Shown: positions 26,428-36,020 of the stretch, piece after piece
Position numbering within the stretch: the stretch's first letter is position 1
Layout: every line of letters starts with the position of its first letter
Assembly: GCA_025354985.1 (NCBI GenBank)
Contig: JANXLU010000087.1
Coordinates: 82,813-146,812 of the forward strand
DNA: 64,000 bases
Direction of reading: 5' to 3'
Source of the DNA: Chloroflexota bacterium
GTDB taxonomy: Bacteria; Chloroflexota; Anaerolineae; J036; Brachytrichaceae
The notes under the pieces: generated by a model
What the model saw: the letters and a program-made list of their open reading frames with translations, nothing else
What the model was told of the DNA's origin: nothing
Databases searched by the model: none
Position numbers and translations under genes: made by a program

Positions 26428-29070
26428 ATGATCACATACGACCTGACTATCAGCGAAAGTGAAATCGAGGTGTCCGTTGGCAGCCGATTTGACAAAGTTG
26501 CGCTACAGTTACCTGATCATACGGCGCTTCTTACGGACCATGCTGCAATTAGCTATTCCGAACTCGCCAACAAATCTTCAGCAATAGCAAAAGGAATACT
26601 TCACCGCATTGGCGTAGAGTGGGCGCCCGTAGCGGTTCTGATCCACGATCCAATCCTGCGAATCGCCGCAATCCTGGCCCTACTAAAGGCAAATAAAGGA
26701 TTCAGCTGTCTTGATCACTCCTTCCCTAAAGCTCATCTCGACGCAATTGTGTCAAATCTTCAACCGCAAATTATGATTTGTGATGCCCCATGTTTCAAAT
26801 TAGCCTGCGAATTGGCATGTGAATTTGGCGATGGGGCGGCGGAGTTCGTCGTTGACGTTGAGGTTTTGCGATATTCACGTTCAAACGACCAGTTACCAGA
26901 CCAAACCAAACCTGACACTGTTGCCGCAATAATCTATACCTCGGGTTCCACGGGTATCCCAAAAGGTGTCATGCGTGAACATCGAATGATCCTGAACCGA
27001 GCCAGAATGGCGCAACTACTTGGAGAACTAACGTACGGCGATAGACATTTGGTATTAGCCTCAAGTTCGTTTTCAGCCGCACTAAATGGAGTATTCAATG
27101 GCTTACTTGGTGGCTGTTGCGTCTGCCTGACATCCTTTGAGGAGATTGGCGTTCAACGACTCGCTAATTGGCTCGATTTACACCTGATAAGTGCGCTTTC
27201 CATCAATGTTTCGCTGGCACGGCACTGGCTTGACTGCGTGCCTTTGTCGATACATCTTCCAAGTATGCGGCGAATTCAATTACTTGGCTCCGCCGCACTG
27301 AAACGAGACGCGGTAGCACTTCGCGAAAAAATACTTGGCAAATGGGAACTCTGGTACACCTACTCCTCAACGGAGGCTACGGTATGCATGTCTCATATCG
27401 TTCCAGAAAACAGTAGCCTAGCCGACGGTCAACTTCCAATTGGAAAACCAAATCCAGATAGGGAAATTCAAATTTTGGGCGCCAATTGCGAGCCTGTTCA
27501 TCGCGGGGCAGTTGGCGAAGTCACCGTCACCAGCCAGTATATTGCGAAGGGTTATTGGCGCATGCCTGAATTGACTAAACAGAAATTTCTCGTCCACAAG
27601 ACACGCGCAGACATTAGAACATTTCTAACTGGCGACTACGGTCGAATTACCGAGTCTGGTGAACTGGAACTTGTGGGGAGGCTGGATGACATGGTAAAGA
27701 TCCGCGGCTTTCGCGTGGACACCAGTGCAGTTGAGCGTACCCTTCTTGGAATGGCGCACATAAAGGAAGCGGTCGTTTTGACCAAGGAATCTGATGGCGG
27801 TGAAATCAGCCTATTGGCATATGTGGCTCCAACGAGCGACTTTGGGCTAACCAAGCGCGACGTTCGTATTGGACTGGCAAAACGCCTTCCTGCATATATG
27901 CTGCCATCTGAAATCAAAATTATCCGAAGGTTCCCATTGCTAACCAACGGCAAACTGGATCGAAGAGGCCTTGTTGAACTTTGTGCTGAACAGGAGGATG
28001 ACAACCCTGCAGTCGAACCAAGAAATAGCTGGGAACGAATTGTTTTGCAGGCGTGGTGCACCGTGCTTAACAAAACACGGATCGGTATACATGACCACTT
28101 TATGGACGTTGGTGGCGATTCCTTCTCAGCTACTGCGCTTGAAATCGAGCTTTCACGCCTTTTGAACAGAACGGTCAAACTGTCAGGTCTGGCAACCGCT
28201 CCTTCTATAGCCGAACAAGCAGAGTTTCTTACAAATTCCGCGGACTTGGCTGATTCCCCGCGACCGATCCCAATTACTGACAATGACGGGACAGACCATC
28301 CGATATTTTGCCTGCCAGCCAACGATGGATCAACCCATCACTTCAGACCGCTTACGCGCCTGCTTGACAGACGCGCCTATAGCCTTGTATTACCGAACCT
28401 AGCCAGGGCTGGGCACGCATCTGATTCTCTTGCAACTATTGCTCATGCGTTGTTGGCACAAGTGCGAGTGGTCCAGCCCCATGGTCCAATCACAATAATG
28501 GCAAGTTGCAACATGTGCAGACTTGCGCTTCAATTATGCGACGAGCTGATCAATTCAAAAATGACGGTCGATACCGCTATTCTTATTGACGTCCCAGTAA
28601 CGCCTCTCAAATTTAGAGAATCTTCGAACAAGCTTGCAAACAGTAGCGCATGGTTGAGAACCATATTGCGGGCAATTCTAAGAGAACTGCGACTTTCAGG
28701 CGCACGCTACGTGTTGTCGTTGCTTTGGTGCACCCTGAAAGATATTATGCGGCGCGTAACGTCACCTTTGGAGACCCGCATGAGTGCGAACCAAAAACAC
28801 CTGCATAATCGACTGATTGAGTTGGGAGATAGCTTTATCCCAAAACCGATCGATTTTAGGGTCATTTTCGTAAAGGGCGCGTGGAGCCAAATAAGCAGAT
28901 ACTATGACGGGGACAGCCAAATGATGGGCTGGGACAGTTTGCTGAAGAACGCAGGATTGATCGTTGTCCCGTCAAGTCATTCCTCAATGCTCAAGGCCCC
29001 GTTTGTTAGGTCACTTGCACGTGATTTGTTAAATTCACTGCGACAGGTTAACAACCAGTCAGCCAGGTGA
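26428..29070 (+). CDS. Stand-alone NRPS-like enzyme: adenylation - thiolation (PCP) - thioesterase-like domains
   Basis: Adenylation-domain core motifs IIYTSGSTGIPKGV, YSSTE, GDYGRITESGELELVGRLDDMVKIRGFRV, NGKLDRRGL. PCP motif DVGGDSFSA (Ser codon 28120-28122). C-terminal ~250 aa alpha/beta-hydrolase-like (IFCLPANDGSTHHF) with an atypical nucleophile stretch M-A-S-C-N-M-C. Confidence 0.8.
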   Translation: MITYDLTISESEIEVSVGSRFDKVALQLPDHTALLTDHAAISYSELANKSSAIAKGILHRIGVEWAPVAVLIHDPILRIAAILALLKANKGFSCLDHSFPKAHLDAIVSNLQPQIMICDAPCFKLACELACEFGDGAAEFVVDVEVLRYSRSNDQLPDQTKPDTVAAIIYTSGSTGIPKGVMREHRMILNRARMAQLLGELTYGDRHLVLASSSFSAALNGVFNGLLGGCCVCLTSFEEIGVQRLANWLDLHLISALSINVSLARHWLDCVPLSIHLPSMRRIQLLGSAALKRDAVALREKILGKWELWYTYSSTEATVCMSHIVPENSSLADGQLPIGKPNPDREIQILGANCEPVHRGAVGEVTVTSQYIAKGYWRMPELTKQKFLVHKTRADIRTFLTGDYGRITESGELELVGRLDDMVKIRGFRVDTSAVERTLLGMAHIKEAVVLTKESDGGEISLLAYVAPTSDFGLTKRDVRIGLAKRLPAYMLPSEIKIIRRFPLLTNGKLDRRGLVELCAEQEDDNPAVEPRNSWERIVLQAWCTVLNKTRIGIHDHFMDVGGDSFSATALEIELSRLLNRTVKLSGLATAPSIAEQAEFLTNSADLADSPRPIPITDNDGTDHPIFCLPANDGSTHHFRPLTRLLDRRAYSLVLPNLARAGHASDSLATIAHALLAQVRVVQPHGPITIMASCNMCRLALQLCDELINSKMTVDTAILIDVPVTPLKFRESSNKLANSSAWLRTILRAILRELRLSGARYVLSLLWCTLKDIMRRVTSPLETRMSANQKHLHNRLIELGDSFIPKPIDFRVIFVKGAWSQISRYYDGDSQMMGWDSLLKNAGLIVVPSSHSSMLKAPFVRSLARDLLNSLRQVNNQSAR

Positions 29071-29138
29071 CGTCCTTCATTGCGATACTGCCAATGTGAC
29101 TACAGTAAGCTCATCATCTCCTGAGACAATCCTTCTGA

Positions 29139-29819
29139 ATGGACAACGAAGATGACTTTGCCCTCCGTGACATATCTGCATTGGCCGCAAACAACCATGA
29201 CGATTCGTCAGGAGACTTGTGCGCAGTCGAGTATGTCAACTACGTAGCCGGTCACCCACACTCGGATCGTGGGAACGAAGTTGTAAGCGAAGTACTCGCA
29301 TCATATGGTCGTGAAGCCAATGATCACAATGAAGCCTTTAGAAAACTTGCCATGACCACGGGACACACCGGAAAGCCCGTCATCTTGGCGATGCTAAATA
29401 CGGCGGGAGACATCGCCCTTGAGCGCGAACGTGCCTACTATTTTGCAAACCTCGCGCGGCATGCAGCCACGCGCGCGCTCGAAACCGCCGGGCTATTCTC
29501 CGATGCAGACGCGCTGCGCGCGCTACCGTCCATAAAGGACCGGGACAGCGCCGAGGCCACCTATGGCGTTTGCACAAAAATTAACCTCGCTCATTCGGAT
29601 GATCTCCCTCGCCGCTTCGCAACCCATGTGATCGCCAGCGCCGGGGACTCGGCGCGTCACGCCAGCGCTCCGGAAGATTCAATCGCGCGATGCGCTGCCG
29701 CGGCAAAATCCGCCTACGAAGCCATTGATCCAGATGGAATAAACGCGGAAGGCGTGTTGGAAGCATTGCTTGAAGCCTGCAATGTGCGCCCACCGACTCC
29801 GGTCGCACCAGTAACGTAG
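29139..29819 (+). CDS. Hypothetical protein (Ala-rich, helical; no recognisable motif)
   Basis: 226-aa ORF on the same strand 69 nt after the NRPS-like gene. I recognised no motif. Confidence 0.4.
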   Translation: MDNEDDFALRDISALAANNHDDSSGDLCAVEYVNYVAGHPHSDRGNEVVSEVLASYGREANDHNEAFRKLAMTTGHTGKPVILAMLNTAGDIALERERAYYFANLARHAATRALETAGLFSDADALRALPSIKDRDSAEATYGVCTKINLAHSDDLPRRFATHVIASAGDSARHASAPEDSIARCAAAAKSAYEAIDPDGINAEGVLEALLEACNVRPPTPVAPVT

Positions 29820-29864
29820 TGCGCTGTTAGGCTGGCAACAACTCTTGAACAGTTCATTCAGTCG

Positions 29865-30038
29865 TTCTATGCACAACTACGGCCGACAGCCCACCAACTT
29901 GTCGCCAAGGGTCATATCCATCCAGCCCATAATAACGTGCCGGCCATAATGAAATACCAGTCCCATGAGCGACCACAACGTTGCATCCTGATCGGGGTTG
30001 ATCATCGGCTTGGCGTGTCTGACATAAATCAACTGCAT
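29865..30038 (-). pseudogene. Possible remnant of a histidine phosphatase (phosphoglycerate mutase-family) gene
   Basis: The ATG at 30038 gives MQLIYVRHAKPMINPDQDATLW (RHA/RHG-type N-terminal motif). A +1 frame continues VVAHGTGISLW...GGLSAVVVH (C-terminal xHG motif). The ~120 aa that normally lie between these two motifs are missing. Confidence 0.3.
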
Positions 30039-30045
30039 GAAATTT

Positions 30046-30600
30046 TCACGCCGTTAGCTCAACGTGACCAAGTTCAGAATAGACCGCTCCCCCGTTGGTC
30101 AATTCGCTCTGAAATAACCCAATTCGCCCAACCCAGAGTGTCATCGACACCAAGCCCGGTTCAACCGACGCACGGTCTGAAAACCCTTCCGTGCACTTTC
30201 CAAGAGTGATGTGCCCGCTAAAATCTTTACGCTCCGCAGGCACTCCCAACCTTACCGTCTGCTCTTCGATCATACGAACCCAACCCATGAGCGTCGGATT
30301 GCGTGCAACACGACATACGACAACGCGTGGATGCAACGGATTGGGAAAGAAACTTGCCTGGTGCAGCACGCAGCTGAAACGGCGCGGATGATTAACCGCC
30401 ACGGTCCGCATGACCTCAATCAGTCCCGGGACGTCAGAATTTGCCACGCCGTCACCAAGAAACTTGAGCGTCATATGCATCTCACCCGGCTTTGTCCACC
30501 GTACTTTGTGTGCCCAGTAAAGCTGCTGGCATGCCACTTGTTGTGATTCAAGAAACGCCAGTGCTTCGGCATTCGGTTCAACCGCGTAGAAGCATCGCAT
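30046..30600 (-). CDS. thpR: RNA 2',3'-cyclic phosphodiesterase (2H phosphoesterase, LigT/ThpR)
   Basis: 184 aa with the two H-x-T-x motifs (HMTLKFLG and HITLGK) at the expected spacing. Confidence 0.8.
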   Translation of the reverse strand: MRCFYAVEPNAEALAFLESQQVACQQLYWAHKVRWTKPGEMHMTLKFLGDGVANSDVPGLIEVMRTVAVNHPRRFSCVLHQASFFPNPLHPRVVVCRVARNPTLMGWVRMIEEQTVRLGVPAERKDFSGHITLGKCTEGFSDRASVEPGLVSMTLWVGRIGLFQSELTNGGAVYSELGHVELTA

Positions 30601-30634
30601 GATGCCATGCTATTATAGATTTGCGAAGACCCCA

Positions 30635-32305
30635 ATGACAACCGAAACTGTCCCCGCGCCTCACGAATCGCCAATCCCTAACACAAGCGCCGCAGTTCAG
30701 GATTTCGATAACCCGCAAAAACCAGCGGCTTTTTTGCTTGAGCCTGCACTACCACTCTCAGACTCGATCCTGTGGAAGATTCAGAGAAGTTATTACGAAA
30801 GGCTCGGCGTGGACGCCTGGCGCAAAGGGCTCATCCCTCATTACGTCACGAGCAACGCCTGGGTGGCCCACCAGTATGCCCTGCTTGTGTTGGGGTTCCT
30901 ACGCGACATCGCCAATGCCCTTCCTGCGGTCACGCAGGTTCAAATCATAGAGTTGGGTGCCGGCAGCGGCCGATTCTCATTCCATTTCCTGAAGAAGTTC
31001 ATGGCAATGCATGCCCAATCTTCGGTTAGCCATGTCAAGGTGCGGCTGATCATGACAGACCTGGCCGACCGGAATATCGAATTTTGGCGGAAGCATCCAT
31101 CACTTGCGTCCTTCGTGGCATCTGGTCTCTTGGATTTCGCCCGGTTTGACGTGGAAAATCCCGCGCCACTCCACCTGATCAATACCAACGAAATACTTGG
31201 CCCTGCAAGCGGGTCACCAGTTATCGTGTTCGCCAACTACGTGTTTGACACGGTGAAGTGTGATCTTTTCAGCGAGGAAAATGGCAATCTATATGAAGAA
31301 CGCGTTGTCCTCAAGGGACCCGAGCCAAACCCAAACTTTGACGAAGAGAAGCTCATCAACAAGCTGACCATTGAGTTTGAGCGGCGCATGGTCGTCGAAC
31401 CCCCCTACGGCGGGTCCGCCATGGACATGATCCTTGCCGGATACCGGCAAGAACTTTCCAACACGATGTTTAGCGTTCCCACCGGCGCCACTTCCTGTCT
31501 CACCTGGCTCACCGGGTTGGGCGACGGACAACTCTTTGCCGTGGTTGCCGATCGTGGCCATTGCACGCTCGAAGCGATGATCGATGAACCCGGACCGGCG
31601 CTTGCGGTTCATGATGGATGCTTCTCGCTCTTGGTGAACTTCCACGCACTGGGTCGCTGGGTGGAGCTAAACGGTGGTGTGGCCCTGCATCCGGCAAACC
31701 GGTCAATTGACCTCACGCTATCGTGCTTTGCTTTGGGTTTGCCTGCACCGCAGCTCCGTGAAACTCGGTTGGCATTTTCTCAAACCGCGCTTCTACGCGG
31801 ACCAGAGACCTTTCACCGGCTTAAAACCACACTGGATAAATCATTCGAGAATCTGGACATCGATTATGTCCTGGCGATGATGCGGCTGTGTGAGTGGGAC
31901 GCCTCGCCGTTTATGAGTGCCCTTCCCCACATCGTGGCCAAGCTGCCATCCGCCAGCCCGGCGACGCAACGAGAGCTTCAGTGGACTATTCATAACGTCT
32001 GGAACAATTACTATACGCTGGGTGAACCCAACGACCTCGCGTTTAATATGGCGGGCCTGCTATACGAAATGGGATGCTATCCAGAGGCTGCTACGTACCT
32101 GCAACATTCCCTGGATGTTTATGGCCCGGATCCGGGCACCATATTCAACCTCGCCCGGTGTGCGTTTCGATTGCGCAGGTTTACTGAAGCACTGGACCTG
32201 ACAAACCATGCACTGTCGCTTGATCCCAATCTGAGCGCCGCCCGCGTAATGCGCACGAGGCTGCTTGGCGAACTCAACATCCACGGCGAAAGCGTTTATG
32301 GCTGA
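30635..32305 (+). CDS. Class I SAM-methyltransferase-like (MidA/DUF185-like) protein with C-terminal TPR repeats
   Basis: IIELGAGSGRFSFHFL (motif I), VFANYVFDTV, and a C-terminal TPR-like region (YEMGCYPEAATYLQHSLDV..FNLARCAFRLRRFTEALDL). The ORF opens at 30599; the Met at 30635 avoids overlap with the thpR start. Confidence 0.5.
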   Translation: MTTETVPAPHESPIPNTSAAVQDFDNPQKPAAFLLEPALPLSDSILWKIQRSYYERLGVDAWRKGLIPHYVTSNAWVAHQYALLVLGFLRDIANALPAVTQVQIIELGAGSGRFSFHFLKKFMAMHAQSSVSHVKVRLIMTDLADRNIEFWRKHPSLASFVASGLLDFARFDVENPAPLHLINTNEILGPASGSPVIVFANYVFDTVKCDLFSEENGNLYEERVVLKGPEPNPNFDEEKLINKLTIEFERRMVVEPPYGGSAMDMILAGYRQELSNTMFSVPTGATSCLTWLTGLGDGQLFAVVADRGHCTLEAMIDEPGPALAVHDGCFSLLVNFHALGRWVELNGGVALHPANRSIDLTLSCFALGLPAPQLRETRLAFSQTALLRGPETFHRLKTTLDKSFENLDIDYVLAMMRLCEWDASPFMSALPHIVAKLPSASPATQRELQWTIHNVWNNYYTLGEPNDLAFNMAGLLYEMGCYPEAATYLQHSLDVYGPDPGTIFNLARCAFRLRRFTEALDLTNHALSLDPNLSAARVMRTRLLGELNIHGESVYG

Positions 32306-33240
32306 ATCAGCACACTCAAATCCGCATTGCCTCCACACATGAATACACCCACGCGCTCAGTGGGCAGCGGCTTATAAACGCCGCTCAGCAACGCAGCCAG
32401 CGCCGTCGCGCCGCCCGGCTCCGCAATCATGCGAAGGTGCTGCCATACCAACCCCTGGGTTTCAAGGATTGCCGCATCAGTAACTGTCACGGCGCGTTCG
32501 ACATGTCGCTTACAAATTTCCCACGACAGCTCACCAATTCGGGTCGCGCCGAGTGAATCTGCCGCAACGCCCCCTACCGAAACATCAACTGGATGACCTG
32601 CGCGCATGGCTGCCGCAAGACAGTGACTTGACTCCGGCTCAACCGAAATCACCCGCGCAGACCCGGCATACCAGGCCGCGATCCCTGCAATAAATCCGCC
32701 ACCTCCGGTCGCCACCAGCACCGTGTCCAGCCCGGGTTCCTGCCAGTTCAGTTCGCGCCCGCAGGTCCCCTGGCCGGCCAATGTTTCGGGTTTGTTATAA
32801 GCATGCACGTCCAGCGCCCCGGTTTGTTTCTGTCGCTCAATGCAAGCCGCCAGCGCACCATAGTAGTTATCGCCAACCACATTCAAAACCGCGCCGAGGT
32901 CCCGCAGTCGCCGCTGTTTGACTGGCGAGCTGATTACCGGTACAAAAATTTCCGCGCGCAATCCCAATTGTCGCGCGGCGTAGGCCGTTGCAATTCCGTG
33001 GTTTCCACCGCTCGCCGCGATTACGCCCGCCTCCTTCGCCCGATCAAGCTGAGACAGAATGCTGTTAAATGCACCCCGCGGTTTAAACGAGCCGGCCACC
33101 TGAGTCAATTCAAGTTTAAGCGTGGTCGGCGATTGCAACCGACCATCAAACGCTCATTGCTCCAGATTCAACGTGGGTGTAATGCGCACATGGCCTGCAA
33201 TCCGTTCCCATGCGCGGTCAATATCGCCTCTTGTGATCAT
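32296..33240 (-). CDS. PLP-dependent threonine/serine dehydratase-like gene interrupted by one in-frame TGA (pseudogene or recoding)
   Basis: The ATG at 33240 gives MITRGDIDRAWERIAGHVRITPTLNLEQ-[TGA 33154-33156]-AFDGRLQSPTTLKLELTQVAGSFKPRGAFN..., all in one frame. SFKxRGA is the PLP-Lys motif. The called ORF (32296..33138, TTG start) lacks the conserved N-terminus. Confidence 0.6.
33124..33145 (-). promoter_or_regulatory. Hairpin immediately downstream of the TGA in the dehydratase-like gene
   Basis: mRNA U-GGUCGG-UUGCAAUCG-CCGACC-A: 7-bp stem starting 8 nt after the UGA. Confidence 0.25.
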
Positions 33241-33282
33241 CTCGCATCCAAGTTTAGCGGATGTAATGGTAAAACTGAGGGA

Positions 33283-34257
33283 ATGTCAATCACAGAAATT
33301 GCGTTGGTCGGATGTGCCCACATTCACACGCCTGGTTTCATCAAACGCTTGCTCGCGCGATCCGATGTAAAGGTCACCCGTGTTTGGGATCATGAACGCG
33401 CGCGCCGCGACCTGCGCGCAGCCGAGCTTGGCGCCCTTGCCACCGGTGACCTGCGGGAAATCTTGGCCGGCAACGAAAGCGCAGTCATCGTGTGCGCGGA
33501 GACCAACCTTCACCAGGAGTTGGTGTTGCCCACAGTGGCCGCGCACAAGCACCTGTTTGTTGAAAAGCCTCTGGGGTTCGCGAGTGCGGACGCACACGCC
33601 ATGGCAACCGCAATTGAAGCCGCCGGCGTGCTATTCAGCACCGGCTACTTTCAGCGCGGCGAACCTATCAACCAATTTCTTCGTCAACAAATCACTGCCG
33701 GAGCATTTGGAAAAATCACCCGTGTTCGCAAAAGTAACTGCCATAGCGGGTCTCTCGGAGGCTGGTTCGATACGGATTGGCGCTGGATGACCGATATTGC
33801 CCGGGCGGGTGTGGGTGCGTTTGGCGATTTAGGCACCCATGCGCTCGACATTTTGATGTGGTGGCTTGGAAATGTAACCAGCGCCCATGCTGAGCTTGGC
33901 GTAGCAACGGGCCGGTATGGCGCTGCTTGCGACGAATTTGGTGAAGGCACGTTGCGCTTTGAAAACGGTGCCATTGGAACCATCGCCGCCGGCTGGGTGG
34001 ACGTTGCCGATCCAATCAAAACCGTCATCAGTGGTACGGAAGGCTACGCCCATGTGATTGGCGACGCGCTTTACTTTCAGAGCGCGCATGTATCCGGTGC
34101 TGACGGAAAACAACCCTGGCTCAGTCTCCCCCCGGCCTGGCCTCACGCATTTGAAAACTGGCTGGACGCAATAAGCGGCAAACAGCACGCACCACTGGTA
34201 CCTGCGCGGGAGGCCGCCGCCAGGAATACAGTCATGGAAGCGTTGTATAAAAAATAA
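33283..34257 (+). CDS. Gfo/Idh/MocA family oxidoreductase
   Basis: MSITEIALVGCAHIHTPGF, VEKPLG. GAGGGA lies upstream of the ATG at 33283. The first 160 codons of the 484-aa ORF are antisense to the dehydratase gene. Confidence 0.75.
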   Translation: MSITEIALVGCAHIHTPGFIKRLLARSDVKVTRVWDHERARRDLRAAELGALATGDLREILAGNESAVIVCAETNLHQELVLPTVAAHKHLFVEKPLGFASADAHAMATAIEAAGVLFSTGYFQRGEPINQFLRQQITAGAFGKITRVRKSNCHSGSLGGWFDTDWRWMTDIARAGVGAFGDLGTHALDILMWWLGNVTSAHAELGVATGRYGAACDEFGEGTLRFENGAIGTIAAGWVDVADPIKTVISGTEGYAHVIGDALYFQSAHVSGADGKQPWLSLPPAWPHAFENWLDAISGKQHAPLVPAREAAARNTVMEALYKK

Positions 34258-35324
34258 TGAAAAAACTAAACGTAGCTTGCATTGGAACCGGCGGAATCGT
34301 AAATTCGCACATGCCCGGCTGGGCGGAATCGCCATACGCCCAGGTGGTGATGGGTTGTGACATATACGAACCATCTATTAAGGCCTGGGGCGCCAAGTAT
34401 GGTGTCACGAACCTGACCACCAACGTTCAAGACGTTCTCAGCAATCCCGATATTGACGTGGTGGACATTTGCACACCGAACATGCTACACACGGATCTGA
34501 CGATCGCCGCGTTAAACGCCGGCAAACATGTGCTGTGTGAAAAGCCCCTGGCCCCCAGCCCTGACGACATCCGCAAAATGATCGCCGCGCGTGACGCAAA
34601 CGGCAAAATGCTGATGACCGCCCAGCATTTTCGATTTTCCGGGACCTCTCAGGCCATGAAGGCGGAAATCAACAGCGGCGCCTTGGGCGAAATCTATCAT
34701 GCTCGCAGCTGGATGCTCCGCAGAAATTTCCTGCCTACCCGCCCAACCTTTGTGCATAAAGAGCTGAGCGGTGGCGGTGTTTGTATCGACATCGGCGTGC
34801 ACATCCTGGACCTGACGCTTTGGTTTATGGGTAACCCAAAACCGCTCAGCGTCAGTGGAACCGCGCGGACAATTCTTGCCAAAAAGCCCGGCGCATTTTC
34901 AGCATGGGACGGCGGCGTTGGCATGCCCGAACGCAACGATGTGGAAGAACTGGCAACCGCCTTCGTCCGCTTCGAAAACGGTGCGTCGCTAATTCTCGAA
35001 GTCAGTTGGATGCTACACCACGATGTGCCAAACCCGGGCTCGGCCGAAGACATGCAAATGTGGCTTTATGGCACCGACGGTGGCGCCCAATGGCCGAAAT
35101 GCGAAGTGTATTCCTCCAACAATATAACCCGCCAGCACTACAACAAGCAACTGCGACTGACCCGGGACAAAAACGAAGCCCACAAGCAGGAAGTGCTCGA
35201 CTTTGCAAAGGCGCTGGCAGACGGAGCGCCTTCACCCGTTCCAGCCGAGCAAAGCCTGCAGGTGATGACCATTCTGAATGCCGTGTATCGCAGCCAAACA
35301 GAAGGGCGCGAAGTCCAGCTCTAG
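34257..35324 (+). CDS. Gfo/Idh/MocA family oxidoreductase
   Basis: MKKLNVACIGTGGIVNSH Rossmann start and CEKPLA motif. Its start abuts the stop of the previous paralogue. Confidence 0.8.
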   Translation: MKKLNVACIGTGGIVNSHMPGWAESPYAQVVMGCDIYEPSIKAWGAKYGVTNLTTNVQDVLSNPDIDVVDICTPNMLHTDLTIAALNAGKHVLCEKPLAPSPDDIRKMIAARDANGKMLMTAQHFRFSGTSQAMKAEINSGALGEIYHARSWMLRRNFLPTRPTFVHKELSGGGVCIDIGVHILDLTLWFMGNPKPLSVSGTARTILAKKPGAFSAWDGGVGMPERNDVEELATAFVRFENGASLILEVSWMLHHDVPNPGSAEDMQMWLYGTDGGAQWPKCEVYSSNNITRQHYNKQLRLTRDKNEAHKQEVLDFAKALADGAPSPVPAEQSLQVMTILNAVYRSQTEGREVQL

Positions 35325-35384
35325 CCGCCCGCCGACTTGTTGCGACATCGCATCAGCGAGCAATCGTTTAACCAAGATTACGAC

Positions 35385-35924
35385 ATGTCTACCGTAGTGA
35401 CCGTTTCCAGTTCTTCAGATCATTCGTTCAGCAAAAAACCGGTCGATCAAATTGAACTCATTGCGGGTATTGGTGTTGCCGGAGATGCACATGCGGGAAA
35501 AACGGTGCAACATCTCTCCCGCGTAGCCAAAGATCCGACCCAGCCGAATCTGCGCCAAGTGCACCTTTTACACACCGAACTGCTTGACGACTTGAATCTC
35601 AAGGGTTTCAAGGTGTACCCGGGTGACATCGGTGAAAACATTCTTACCCGTGGTGTTGATCTGCTTGGCCTCGTTACTGGCACGAAGCTGCACATTGGAT
35701 CGCACGCGGTCGTCGAGGTAACCGGCTTGCGAAATCCCTGCAAGCAGATTGAAACTTTCCAATCGGGCCTCCTAAGCCAGGTTGTAAGTCGCGATACATC
35801 CGGTCATGTGATGCGCATCGCCGGCGTAATGTCGATCGTGCTGACAGATGGCATGGTGCTCCCCGGCGATAACATCCACATAGAACCACCGCCCGCACCT
35901 CATCGCCCGCTCGAATACGTTTAG
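35385..35924 (+). CDS. MOSC domain-containing protein
   Basis: GIGVAGDAHAG...RQVHLLHTELL...PGDIGENILTRGVDL...LHIGSHAVVEVTGLRNPC is a typical MOSC beta-barrel with the conserved Cys. Start trimmed to MSTVVTV. Confidence 0.7.
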   Translation: MSTVVTVSSSSDHSFSKKPVDQIELIAGIGVAGDAHAGKTVQHLSRVAKDPTQPNLRQVHLLHTELLDDLNLKGFKVYPGDIGENILTRGVDLLGLVTGTKLHIGSHAVVEVTGLRNPCKQIETFQSGLLSQVVSRDTSGHVMRIAGVMSIVLTDGMVLPGDNIHIEPPPAPHRPLEYV

Positions 35925-35984
35925 CGTTCGGCCGGCCCTAATCTTGCGTACCTGCAGGCGCGGATCAGAAACACGGCATGTTGT

Positions 35985-36013
35985 TTGACCCGCGTTCGCC
36001 GCCGCATTACACT
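35985..36013 (+). promoter_or_regulatory. Sigma-70-like promoter (TTGACC-17 nt-TACACT) positioned for a leaderless transcript of the EssC-like gene
   Basis: -35 element at 35985-35990 and -10 element at 36008-36013. Only 7 nt (ATAAGTA, no Shine-Dalgarno) separate the -10 from the ATG at 36021. Confidence 0.35.
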
Positions 36014-36020
36014 ATAAGTA

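Noticed and set aside
32803-33282. First 160 codons of the 484-aa plus-strand ORF
   Set aside because: This stretch is antisense to the dehydratase gene and is Arg/Lys-rich nonsense. The Gfo/Idh/MocA Rossmann N-terminus begins at the ATG at 33283, which has a GAGGGA ribosome-binding site upstream.
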